Positions 16,359 through 24,452 of a DNA stretch of 30,169 bases are shown here, one piece after another. How positions within the stretch are numbered: the first letter of the stretch is position 1; each line of letters opens with the position of its first letter. The position numbers were made by a program, and so were the translations under genes. Source of the DNA: Verrucomicrobiota bacterium (lineage in GTDB: Bacteria; Verrucomicrobiota; Verrucomicrobiia; Chthoniobacterales; UBA6821). The stretch covers positions 1 to 30,169 of the forward strand of contig WBXG01000015.1 of assembly GCA_008932965.1 (NCBI GenBank). Direction: 5' to 3'. The notes below the pieces were generated by a model, which saw nothing but the letters and a program-made list of their open reading frames with translations, made no database searches and had not been told where the DNA came from.

Positions 16359-16541
16359 TTAACCCGCATATTTCATACTAAATCTATTACGGCTTGTGGA
16401 AAGCTCCTTATTACTGCGTTGGTCTCGAATTGTGATTTGGGCAGTATGAGACATACAGCCCGAGGAGCAATTCGAAGCTGACGCAGTATCCATCAGGTGT
16501 TCGCAAGCTGCAGCAGAATCAGTATGAAATAGGCGGGTTAG
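16359..16541. repeat. R183 copy 8 (183 bp), a chimera of a type-B left arm and an inverted type-A arm
   Basis: Positions 16458..16508 are a perfect 51-nt reverse complement of copy 7 positions 15043..15093. The left arm matches copy 5. Termini are TTAACCCGCATATTTCAT...ATGAAATAGGCGGGTTAG. Confidence 0.92.
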
Positions 16542-16583
16542 CCCTATAGCGGAACTGACCTCGTTCTCATGTTAGTTTTTATT

Positions 16584-17384
16584 TTATTGTGAGGTCACAT
16601 GAAGAGCACTGACGTGATTCCAAGAGTAGGCATGAGCAATCGCATTAGTAATGACTTTTTTAGCCATAGCAACTGCTTGAGGAAGGGGATTTCCTTGAGC
16701 CAAAAAGGCAGTAATAGCAGCAGCATAAGTGCAGCCAGTGCCATGTGTTTCTACATCACGTAGAAAGGGAGCTGAAAAAGAATATTCTGTTCCATCTTGA
16801 AGAAGTAATAGATCAGTGGCTGTTTCTATGTGAAGATGCCCCCCTTTTAATAGGAGTGATCTTTTTGTCTTGGCTAGCAACTCATACCCGACACTTTTTA
16901 ATTCATCAAGCGATACGGGGCGTTTTATTGCGGAAGCAAGAAAATATAACTCGTCAAGATTAGGTGTAATCAGGGTGGCTAGTGGGAAGAGTCTTTCCTG
17001 ATAGGCAGCAACAGCATCAGGTTCTAGCAAGGGATCACCACTGCTCGCAATCATTACTGGATCGACAATCAGAGGTGGAAGATGAGGCAGAGATTCAAAT
17101 ACATCTGCAACAGCGCTGATAATTGATTCAGAATAGAGCATTCCAGTTTTTACTGCCGCAATAGAAAAGGTATCAAATAAGATCGATATTTGATCCCGTA
17201 CTATATCGGGATTGACCGCCTGGATTGAGACGACTTGGCCCGGAACTTCAGCGACAATGCATGTTACAGCAGTTAATCCGTAGCAGCCTAAGGCTGAAAA
17301 TGTTTTAAGATCTGCCTGAATTCCTGCTCCAGAGGAACAGTCAGAACCGGCAATAGTGAGAACAATAGGAGTTGGGAGGGTCAT
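16584..17384 (-). CDS. thiD: Hydroxymethylpyrimidine/phosphomethylpyrimidine kinase
   Basis: 266 aa with VLTIAGSDCSSGAGIQADLKTF, VKTGML, DPVM and C-terminal GTGCTYAAAI. Confidence 0.9.
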   Translation of the reverse strand: MTLPTPIVLTIAGSDCSSGAGIQADLKTFSALGCYGLTAVTCIVAEVPGQVVSIQAVNPDIVRDQISILFDTFSIAAVKTGMLYSESIISAVADVFESLPHLPPLIVDPVMIASSGDPLLEPDAVAAYQERLFPLATLITPNLDELYFLASAIKRPVSLDELKSVGYELLAKTKRSLLLKGGHLHIETATDLLLLQDGTEYSFSAPFLRDVETHGTGCTYAAAITAFLAQGNPLPQAVAMAKKVITNAIAHAYSWNHVSALHVTSQ

Positions 17385-17426
17385 AAAATGAATTTCAATG
17401 GAAGAATAACTACAAATATCGATGAC

Positions 17427-18107
17427 TCATCGCTCGTTCCGCCTTACTAAAAGTAGATAAATTAAGTTTCCAAGAACTGCAACAAAAGCAGCGATGTAGG
17501 TCCATGCTGCAGCATTGAGAACCTTGTAAACACCTTCCACCTCGAGAGGTGATTGAATGATTCCCATTTTTTGAAGAATCATTTTGGCTCGAGCAGAAGC
17601 GTCAAATTCTACGGGTAATGTAATTAACTGAAAAAGCATCAGTACCGCATAACAGGCAATACCAAGGGTAATAAGGTTGGTTACATGAAAAAGAAAGCCT
17701 CCCAAAATTACAAAAGGTAAAATCTGTGAAGAAAATTGGGTGGCAGGGACAAGCCCTGAGCGTAACTTGAGCAGAGCATAGCTCTCTTGGTCTTGAAGTG
17801 CATGACCGCATTCGTGGGCAGCAACACCCACAGCAGCAATCGAGTTTCCTGAAAATATTTCTTCAGAAAGGTGCAGTGTCTTATCTGTAGGATTGTAATG
17901 ATCTCCCATCATACCATCGGAAGAAATGATTTTGACACCATGAATTCCAGAGGCATCTAAAATCTGCTGTGCCGCTTCTGCACCTGTAAGACCACTGCTA
18001 ACCGTAATTTTTTTGTAACGTTTCAATGTCGAGGAAACTCGAAATTGTGCCCAGAGGCCAAGTATCAGTGGGATACCAATAAGCAAAAAATAGATAGACA
18101 TATTCAT
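17427..18107 (-). CDS. Membrane zinc metallopeptidase (putative neutral zinc metallopeptidase family, Zn_peptidase_2-like)
   Basis: HExxH motif (AAHECGHALQ) in a protein with N- and C-terminal TM segments. I prefer the ATG at 18107 (MNMSIYF..) over the GTG at 18128 used by the ORF track. Confidence 0.8.
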   Translation of the reverse strand: MNMSIYFLLIGIPLILGLWAQFRVSSTLKRYKKITVSSGLTGAEAAQQILDASGIHGVKIISSDGMMGDHYNPTDKTLHLSEEIFSGNSIAAVGVAAHECGHALQDQESYALLKLRSGLVPATQFSSQILPFVILGGFLFHVTNLITLGIACYAVLMLFQLITLPVEFDASARAKMILQKMGIIQSPLEVEGVYKVLNAAAWTYIAAFVAVLGNLIYLLLVRRNER

Positions 18108-18150
18108 AGTGAAGAGATGATAGCACACATTTTTAATTTCAAAAGGTCAG

Positions 18151-18334
18151 ATTGCCCGGATATGTCACACCAATCACCTGCGGAAGTCGAGAAGCCTGTT
18201 GAATGCTACGTTGAGCTCGAAGTCTTCCTCGGGCAGTATGTACTCATACAGCCGTTGTCAGACTTCGTCACTCGTCTTGCCCCATAAGCCATCGCGACCT
18301 CTTCGTCACGAGCAGTATGAAATATGCGGGTTAA
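18151..18334. repeat. R183 copy 9 (type-C arm, 184 bp)
   Basis: ATTGCCCGGATATGTCACAC...GCTCGAAGTCTTCCTCGGGCAGTATGTACTCATACAGCC...CAGTATGAAATATGCGGGTTAA. Confidence 0.9.
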
Positions 18335-18431
18335 CCATCAGGATTTTTTAGAAGGTTTTTTTAAAAGGATGGCTCTCTCTTATTGGAGATTTTCTTTTTT
18401 AAAGTCCATTTTTAGATTACAATTTGAAGTT

Positions 18432-20129
18432 ATGAAAAAAACGGCATTGATCTTAGGGATTATATTTGTAGTAGTTACCTCCGTTGTTTATTGGCAATTA
18501 CGTCGTTCTGGGCCAATGACTGCTGCAGCACTCGTTCCGAGCAATACAACTATTCTTTTTGAAGCACCCGATCTTCCCTCTTCCATTGCTCGTTGGAATG
18601 CATCCGAGCTCTGTCAACTAACGGTAGAGCCAGAAATAAAAAATTTTCTGCGTCGTCCTTTGGATCGTTTTTATGAAAAGAGTGGTCTGTTGAGTAACAC
18701 GATGAGCCCCAAAATAGCTCTGGATCTTCTACATAAAATTCGTCCGGGGCGTCTCTTTGCTGCCGTAGAGCCGGGTGAACAAGATCCTAGCTGGATTGTG
18801 GGATGTCAATTTTTTGGAGACAAGGACTCCTTGGAGGAAGGGATCATGCGATTGCTCCAACGTTTCAACATGCCCACGAGCAAGGTTAATGAGGTTGTTC
18901 TGAAAGTAGAGGAACATCATGGTGAAATCATTAAGAAGAGAACAATTTCTTCTTTGGTTTTCTACACAGTCCTTCATGATAACTGGTGTTTTGTGAGTAA
19001 TGACCTTAAGGCGCTTCAAAAAACGCTTGATCTCTGTTGTGGCCGAACTAAGAGCCAGGAGTCTCTTCGGAACGCGCCGCTCTACCAAAAAAACCGCCAT
19101 CATCTTTTGTTGCAGGGGGATCTTTTTTGTTATGTGAGGGAGTCTGCAGCACTTGAAAAAATCCCCTACATTTCCATGGTGAGCCGGGAGGAGCCTCTGT
19201 TGTCATTAGCACAAGCAACGGGAGCTTCGTTTTGCTTGACGCAAGAGGGAATGGAAGAAAACCTATTTTTCAGTGGGGATTTCAATATTGAGGAACACCT
19301 ATCCCATCAAGGTCTCCGCATTACCAAGCCTACAACACTAGGTTTTATAGAGCGACTCACGAACTGGAAGCAGATCGTAGAAAATATCAAAAGCAACCGA
19401 GCTCTTCCCCTCCATTTCAGCGATATGTTAGCATCCCGGGATCTTGATCTGCTTTTGCTAGCAACTCTATTAAAACCAGAAATGATCATGATGCTCGATT
19501 GGAATAGTGGAAGCACCTTTCCAACACTTCTGATGACTGCTCCAGAAGCCGATTCTGAGAAGGTGGCAAACTGGTTAGATCAAGCTGCACCACAACTTGG
19601 AGGTTCTCTTCAAGCCTCGGATCAAAATGATCTTTTAATGATTTCAATGCCCAAAGTGGCTTCAACAATAGAGCCCTGCTTAGCTTCTGCTAACGGATCA
19701 TTTTTTATCTCTTCGGATCCTGTTGTTACAAAGGAAACCAGCAATCATAACGCTGCCTCTCCAACATTAGAATCCACTCCCGGTTTCTCAAAAAATAAAG
19801 TGCTTTATGATGAGGCCAATGAAGCATTCTTTTATTTTGTTTCCAAAGAAATTGTGGAGCGTGCTTACACCTTAGCACGACCAAGCCTTCTAGTAGGGAG
19901 TGCTTTTTTTCCTCAAGTTAGAGCGCTCCTAGATTTTTCACTCCTTCCCTCAACAGGAACCCTCACAAAGCACCTTGCTCCCGTTGTTATTGCAGAAAGC
20001 CACCATGAAGATGGATTTTTGATTCAATCTCGTGGGCCGCTCAGTGCTACGCCTCTTTTTTTCCTAGGAAGAGTTTGCTATCAATTCTTGCTGAGTAAAA
20101 AAGGAAGCATCTCTCCAGAGGCTCCATAA
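18432..20129 (+). CDS. Hypothetical membrane-anchored protein (566 aa)
   Basis: I prefer the ATG at 18432 (MKKTALILGIIFVVVTSVVYW, a signal anchor). The ORF-track start at 18324 lies inside the R183 copy-9 terminus. Size and architecture recall DUF3352-type proteins, but I cannot verify that. Confidence 0.65.
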   Translation: MKKTALILGIIFVVVTSVVYWQLRRSGPMTAAALVPSNTTILFEAPDLPSSIARWNASELCQLTVEPEIKNFLRRPLDRFYEKSGLLSNTMSPKIALDLLHKIRPGRLFAAVEPGEQDPSWIVGCQFFGDKDSLEEGIMRLLQRFNMPTSKVNEVVLKVEEHHGEIIKKRTISSLVFYTVLHDNWCFVSNDLKALQKTLDLCCGRTKSQESLRNAPLYQKNRHHLLLQGDLFCYVRESAALEKIPYISMVSREEPLLSLAQATGASFCLTQEGMEENLFFSGDFNIEEHLSHQGLRITKPTTLGFIERLTNWKQIVENIKSNRALPLHFSDMLASRDLDLLLLATLLKPEMIMMLDWNSGSTFPTLLMTAPEADSEKVANWLDQAAPQLGGSLQASDQNDLLMISMPKVASTIEPCLASANGSFFISSDPVVTKETSNHNAASPTLESTPGFSKNKVLYDEANEAFFYFVSKEIVERAYTLARPSLLVGSAFFPQVRALLDFSLLPSTGTLTKHLAPVVIAESHHEDGFLIQSRGPLSATPLFFLGRVCYQFLLSKKGSISPEAP

Positions 20130-20211
20130 AAGACTTCGACTCATTGAAGGGGGGCTCTTCCCTGCAATAAAAAAATCGTAATGAGAAAATATTTTTGGGA
20201 GTAATCACTTC

Positions 20212-21645
20212 ATGATCAGGGTGCCTAATCAAGAAAAGCTCTTTCTTTTTTTAATCATAGTCGGGCTGCCCTTTCTTAGCGCTCAACAAGTTCCATCTTC
20301 AAAAAGTGAGGAGATGGAATTTCTTCAAAAGAGAATCAATAGAGATCCAGCTCTAAGAGGAGGAGGAATGGGATCAGGAGCGCGCCCAAGACGTTTTGGT
20401 TCCCCTTATGATGCCATAGCGAACATGCCCCATAATGTGAGAGAGTTTCAATATGCTTCTGGAAATTGGATTGGATATCGCGACATATTAGATCGGCATG
20501 GGATTGAATTTTCAGTGACCTACACCTCAAATGTTGCTGGAAATCCTGTTGGAGGAAAAGTGCCAGGAGGCTTGAGGTATGCTGATAATTTCGCTCTAGG
20601 GTGTCTTATTGAAACAGAAAAACTTTTTGGGTGGCCCGGTGGCTATCTCTTAATGAGCACTCTTCAACGTGATGGAAATAGTCTCTCCAAAGAGAATATT
20701 AAAAATCAATTTACAGTGCAGCAGGTTTACGGAGGTCAGACGTTCCACTGGTATGAACTGTCGTATCAGCAAGATTTTTGGAACAATCATTCTAGTTTGA
20801 AAGTAGGGCGCATCGGCTCTGGAGATGATTTTGCCGTCTCTCCCCTCTACTGGCTTTATATGAATAATGGAATTGATGGGAATCCTCAGTCCCTTCCGGT
20901 GAACAGCAGATTTTCTACTTATCCTAATGCTGTCTGGGGCAGCAGACTCAAAATAGACCTCCCCTCTCATATGGTTGCTCGCTGTGGTGTATACCAGGTA
21001 GTGCCCAAAAATTCTGTGCAAGGATTGAATTGGAACTTTTATCCTAACGATGGAGTCATGCTCCTGGGGCAATACAGTTGGAACCCTGAGTTTTTTAAAC
21101 AAACTTTATGCTCTCTCCCTAAAGTAAAAGAAAAATCTATTCCTACGGGTTTCGAAGGCCACTATTGGATGGGGGGGTACTATTCAAGCATGGAATATCC
21201 CCAATTCAATAATAGGGATAAAACGCCCAACACGTACGGCCTCTACTGGCATGCTGATCAGACAGTCTATCGACCAAGCCTCCTCACAGAAGAAGGGTTA
21301 GTTCTATGGTCTGTTTATACACTCTCTCCTCAACAAAATACTTCATTGATGCCATTTCAAGTCAATGGAGGGGCCATTTATACAGGGCTTATTCCTGGAC
21401 GTACCAATGACATGAGCATTGCTGGCGTAGCCTATGGAAATTATAGCACAGATTTTTCAGCACTAAGTCAGCAGATAGGTCATGGAACTCGTGACTATGA
21501 GCTTGTTTACGAAGCTGGTTATCGTGTCTCTTTGACGAAATTTTCCTATATCCAACCAGATATTCAATGGGTCATTCATCCTGCTGGTTCCAGCACAACA
21601 CCAAATGCACTGGTTTTAGGTGCCCAGATCGGAGTTGTTTTTTAA
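20212..21645 (+). CDS. OprB-family carbohydrate-selective porin
   Basis: 477 aa with a signal peptide (LFLFLIIVGLPFLSAQQ). It has a beta-barrel-like alternating pattern, starts with GIEFSVTYTSNVAGNPVGG and ends LVLGAQIGVVF with a terminal aromatic residue. Confidence 0.72.
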   Translation: MIRVPNQEKLFLFLIIVGLPFLSAQQVPSSKSEEMEFLQKRINRDPALRGGGMGSGARPRRFGSPYDAIANMPHNVREFQYASGNWIGYRDILDRHGIEFSVTYTSNVAGNPVGGKVPGGLRYADNFALGCLIETEKLFGWPGGYLLMSTLQRDGNSLSKENIKNQFTVQQVYGGQTFHWYELSYQQDFWNNHSSLKVGRIGSGDDFAVSPLYWLYMNNGIDGNPQSLPVNSRFSTYPNAVWGSRLKIDLPSHMVARCGVYQVVPKNSVQGLNWNFYPNDGVMLLGQYSWNPEFFKQTLCSLPKVKEKSIPTGFEGHYWMGGYYSSMEYPQFNNRDKTPNTYGLYWHADQTVYRPSLLTEEGLVLWSVYTLSPQQNTSLMPFQVNGGAIYTGLIPGRTNDMSIAGVAYGNYSTDFSALSQQIGHGTRDYELVYEAGYRVSLTKFSYIQPDIQWVIHPAGSSTTPNALVLGAQIGVVF

Positions 21646-21720
21646 AATGGGATGAGTTGTGACTTGCTCGTTGCAATAAAATCGCTAGAGTTACATCCAC
21701 TTAGTTGTTTCTAGGAGTAT

Positions 21721-21793
<73 letters not shown>

Positions 21794-21827
21794 CAGCTGC
21801 CTTATAGAAGCGAGGGAAGCGAGGTCT

Positions 21828-21871
21828 CACCTGGATATCTTATGTCATTACCTGTGGAAATCGGAAGCTAG
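21828..21871. repeat. R183 left-end fragment (type-C-like) just downstream of tRNA-Phe
   Basis: CACCTGGATATCTTATGTCATTACCTGTGGAAATCGGAAGCTAG resembles the copy-9 left end CCCGGATATGTCACACCAATCACCTGCGGAAGTCGAGAAGC. Confidence 0.6.
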
Positions 21872-21875
21872 CATG

Positions 21876-22058
21876 CTAGCCCCCCTATTTCACAATCAAT
21901 CTATTACGGAAGCTGGGAAGTCAGATAGATGCTGCGTTGAGCTCGAAGTCTTCCTCGGGCATTAGGGACTTCTACGCCCTGCGTCAAAATACGTTTCTGC
22001 CTTATTCCATCAGCCTTTGCGGCTTCCTCGTTACGATCGTATGAAATATCCGGGCTAG
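21876..22058. repeat. R183 copy 10 (183 bp)
   Basis: CTAGCCCCCCTATTTCACAATCAATCTATTACGG...GCTCGAAGTCTTCCTCGGGC...CGTATGAAATATCCGGGCTAG. Confidence 0.9.
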
Positions 22059-22139
22059 GGATGAAGAGCATGTTTATCACATCCCCTTTTCAATTGAATA
22101 CACTATAAAAAACAAAGTGACTCCAAGCACAAAGTAAAG

Positions 22140-24452
22140 ATGTCTTACGCCCGTATTCTCATAGACCGTACCGAAGGCACCGAACTTGACTATGCCATTC
22201 CAGATGAGCTGCAACAGCGCGTTGAAGTAGGGGTACGGGTCCGTGTTCCATTACGCAAAGCCATTGTGATGGGAGTGGTGCTTTCGTTGCACGACAAAGT
22301 TGCCTTTTCCAAGGTCAAAAAAATCATAGAAGTGATCGATTACCGTGCTCTATGCCATGAGGGAGAAGAGGGATCGGGCACATTGGAAACCTCACAGGAA
22401 AGACCATTAATTTCTCCTAAGATTATGAAGCTTGCCTATTGGATGGCCGACTATTACTGCACCTCCCTGGATGCCGTTTTGCGGTCGTTAGTTCCAACAA
22501 CAATTCGTAACAATTCTCTTACAGAAAAAAAAGTAAGGATGGCTATTCTACTCAAAACACCTTCTCCAACATTTCTGCATGCTCTTGGCGTACGTGCCCC
22601 CAAACAAAAAGCGTTACTCGAGCTCTTGCTCTCCTCCAAGGAGAAAATGAGCGCTGCCAAGCTCCTTAAACAAACAAAGGCAACAGGGAGTTCCTTACAT
22701 GCATTGGTTCAAGAAGGATGGATTTTTCTTAAGGAAGAATCGGTTTCACGTGATCCCTTTTCTCATGAGGAACTATTGCCAAGTCCTATCCCTAAACTCA
22801 ATAGCGATCAATATCGGACAGTAGCTCTCATTAATGAAGAACTCCTGCGGGTAGTAGCATTAGAAAAAAAATCAGAGCCTTTTATTTCACTTCCTTTTTT
22901 ACTTCATGGAGTCACAGGAAGCGGTAAGACAGAGGTCTATTTGAGGGCTATGGAAAAGGCTCTCGCACTTGGAAAATCTGTTCTTATTTTAGTTCCTGAA
23001 ATCGCACTCACCCCACAGACAGTAGAGCGCTTCCGAGCACGCCTTGAGCATACTCAAGAAAAAAAACTCATTGCAGTCTTACATAGTCATCTCTCGGAGG
23101 GAGAACGTCATGATGAGTGGTTGCGTCTGCATCGAGGAGAGGCGCGGATTGTGATAGGAGCAAGAAGTGCGATTTTTGCTCCATTGCAAGATTTAGGTCT
23201 CATCATTGTGGATGAAGAACATGAGACTAGTTACAAACAAGAGGAGACCCCTCGCTATCATGCTCGAGATGTAGCTGTCATGCGTGCCCGCTATGAAGGA
23301 GCTGTCCTAGTGCTTGGCAGTGCTACCCCCTCAATTGAAAGCATGAACAATGTGCACCTTGGGAAATATGCTCTCCTAGAACTTCCTAAGCGTGCTGATC
23401 ATCAACGTATGCCACTGGTGCGAGTGATTGATATGCGATTGCAAGGAAGGCAGCAGGGGGCAGATGCTATTCTCTCCTTTTTGTTGCGCCAGGCGATAGC
23501 AGATCGATTAGAACGCTCCGAGCAGGTGATTCTTTTTCTCAATCGTCGAGGATTTTCTAGCGCACTGTTATGCCCTCAATGTGGTACCGCTTGCTCATGT
23601 CCTAACTGCAGCCTGTCACTCACATTTCATCGAGCGAGCCAGCGACTCATTTGCCATCTCTGTGGCCATATGGAAAAGCCACCGACGACATGTCCTAGCT
23701 GCCACGAAGCTGGTATTTTATATTCAGGAGTAGGAACCCAGCGTGTGGAGGCAGCCGTGCAGCAAGCTTTTCCAACGGCACGGTGTTTTCGTATCGATGC
23801 TGATAGCATGCAACGCAAAGGATCCTACCAAGAAACCTTCGATCGCTTTAGAAAAAAACAGATCGATATTCTTATTGGGACACAGATGATTGCAAAGGGA
23901 CTTGATTTTCCTAATGTCACCCTGGTTGGTATCATTAATGCCGACACAACCCTCCATGCTCCTGACTTCCGTGCAGGTGAGAGAACATTTCAACTCTTGA
24001 CGCAGGTTGCAGGCCGCGCAGGTCGGGGAGATCGGGAAGGAGAGGTGATGATTCAAACATACACCCCAGAAAGCCCTTCTATTCAATTTGCACGGCATCA
24101 CGATACCTCTGGATTTTTCGAGCAAGAGATGGCTTTGCGACAGCAGTTTGAATACCCACCCTTTCAAAAAATGATTTTGATTCAATTAAGGGGGGTCGAT
24201 CAAGAGCACGTCGCCTTACATAGTGCTACTTTAAGAAAAAACCTGCGGCTTGCCCTTCCAGATTCTATCAACATTGGAGAGGCAGTCCCAGCATCACTGG
24301 AGCGTGCACATGGACAATATCGTTTTCACATTGCTCTTCACGGACCCTGCTCCAAAGCTATTAAAATAACGATGTGCAAGGTCATTGCCTCGTATGAATT
24401 TCCCTCTAGTGTTGTGATCACTATCGATGTCGATCCTCAATCCCTCATGTAG
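22140..24452 (+). CDS. priA: Primosomal protein N' (replication restart helicase PriA)
   Basis: 770 aa with Walker A GVTGSGKTEVY, the IVDEEHE box and a Cys-rich zinc insert (CPQCGTACSCPNCSLSLTFH..CHLCGH..CPSCH). Confidence 0.9.
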   Translation: MSYARILIDRTEGTELDYAIPDELQQRVEVGVRVRVPLRKAIVMGVVLSLHDKVAFSKVKKIIEVIDYRALCHEGEEGSGTLETSQERPLISPKIMKLAYWMADYYCTSLDAVLRSLVPTTIRNNSLTEKKVRMAILLKTPSPTFLHALGVRAPKQKALLELLLSSKEKMSAAKLLKQTKATGSSLHALVQEGWIFLKEESVSRDPFSHEELLPSPIPKLNSDQYRTVALINEELLRVVALEKKSEPFISLPFLLHGVTGSGKTEVYLRAMEKALALGKSVLILVPEIALTPQTVERFRARLEHTQEKKLIAVLHSHLSEGERHDEWLRLHRGEARIVIGARSAIFAPLQDLGLIIVDEEHETSYKQEETPRYHARDVAVMRARYEGAVLVLGSATPSIESMNNVHLGKYALLELPKRADHQRMPLVRVIDMRLQGRQQGADAILSFLLRQAIADRLERSEQVILFLNRRGFSSALLCPQCGTACSCPNCSLSLTFHRASQRLICHLCGHMEKPPTTCPSCHEAGILYSGVGTQRVEAAVQQAFPTARCFRIDADSMQRKGSYQETFDRFRKKQIDILIGTQMIAKGLDFPNVTLVGIINADTTLHAPDFRAGERTFQLLTQVAGRAGRGDREGEVMIQTYTPESPSIQFARHHDTSGFFEQEMALRQQFEYPPFQKMILIQLRGVDQEHVALHSATLRKNLRLALPDSINIGEAVPASLERAHGQYRFHIALHGPCSKAIKITMCKVIASYEFPSSVVITIDVDPQSLM

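Noticed and set aside
17385-17426. Possible TPP riboswitch upstream of thiD.
   Set aside because: Only 42 bp separate thiD from the upstream same-strand peptidase gene. That is too short for a THI element, and no CUGAGA-type core is visible.
20170-20211. GTAATGAG and GTAATCAC motifs upstream of the porin gene as a fourth H element.
   Set aside because: There are only two isolated heptamer-like matches. The AAGACAAGTAATGG 14-mer is absent and there is no inverted partner array, so this is too weak.
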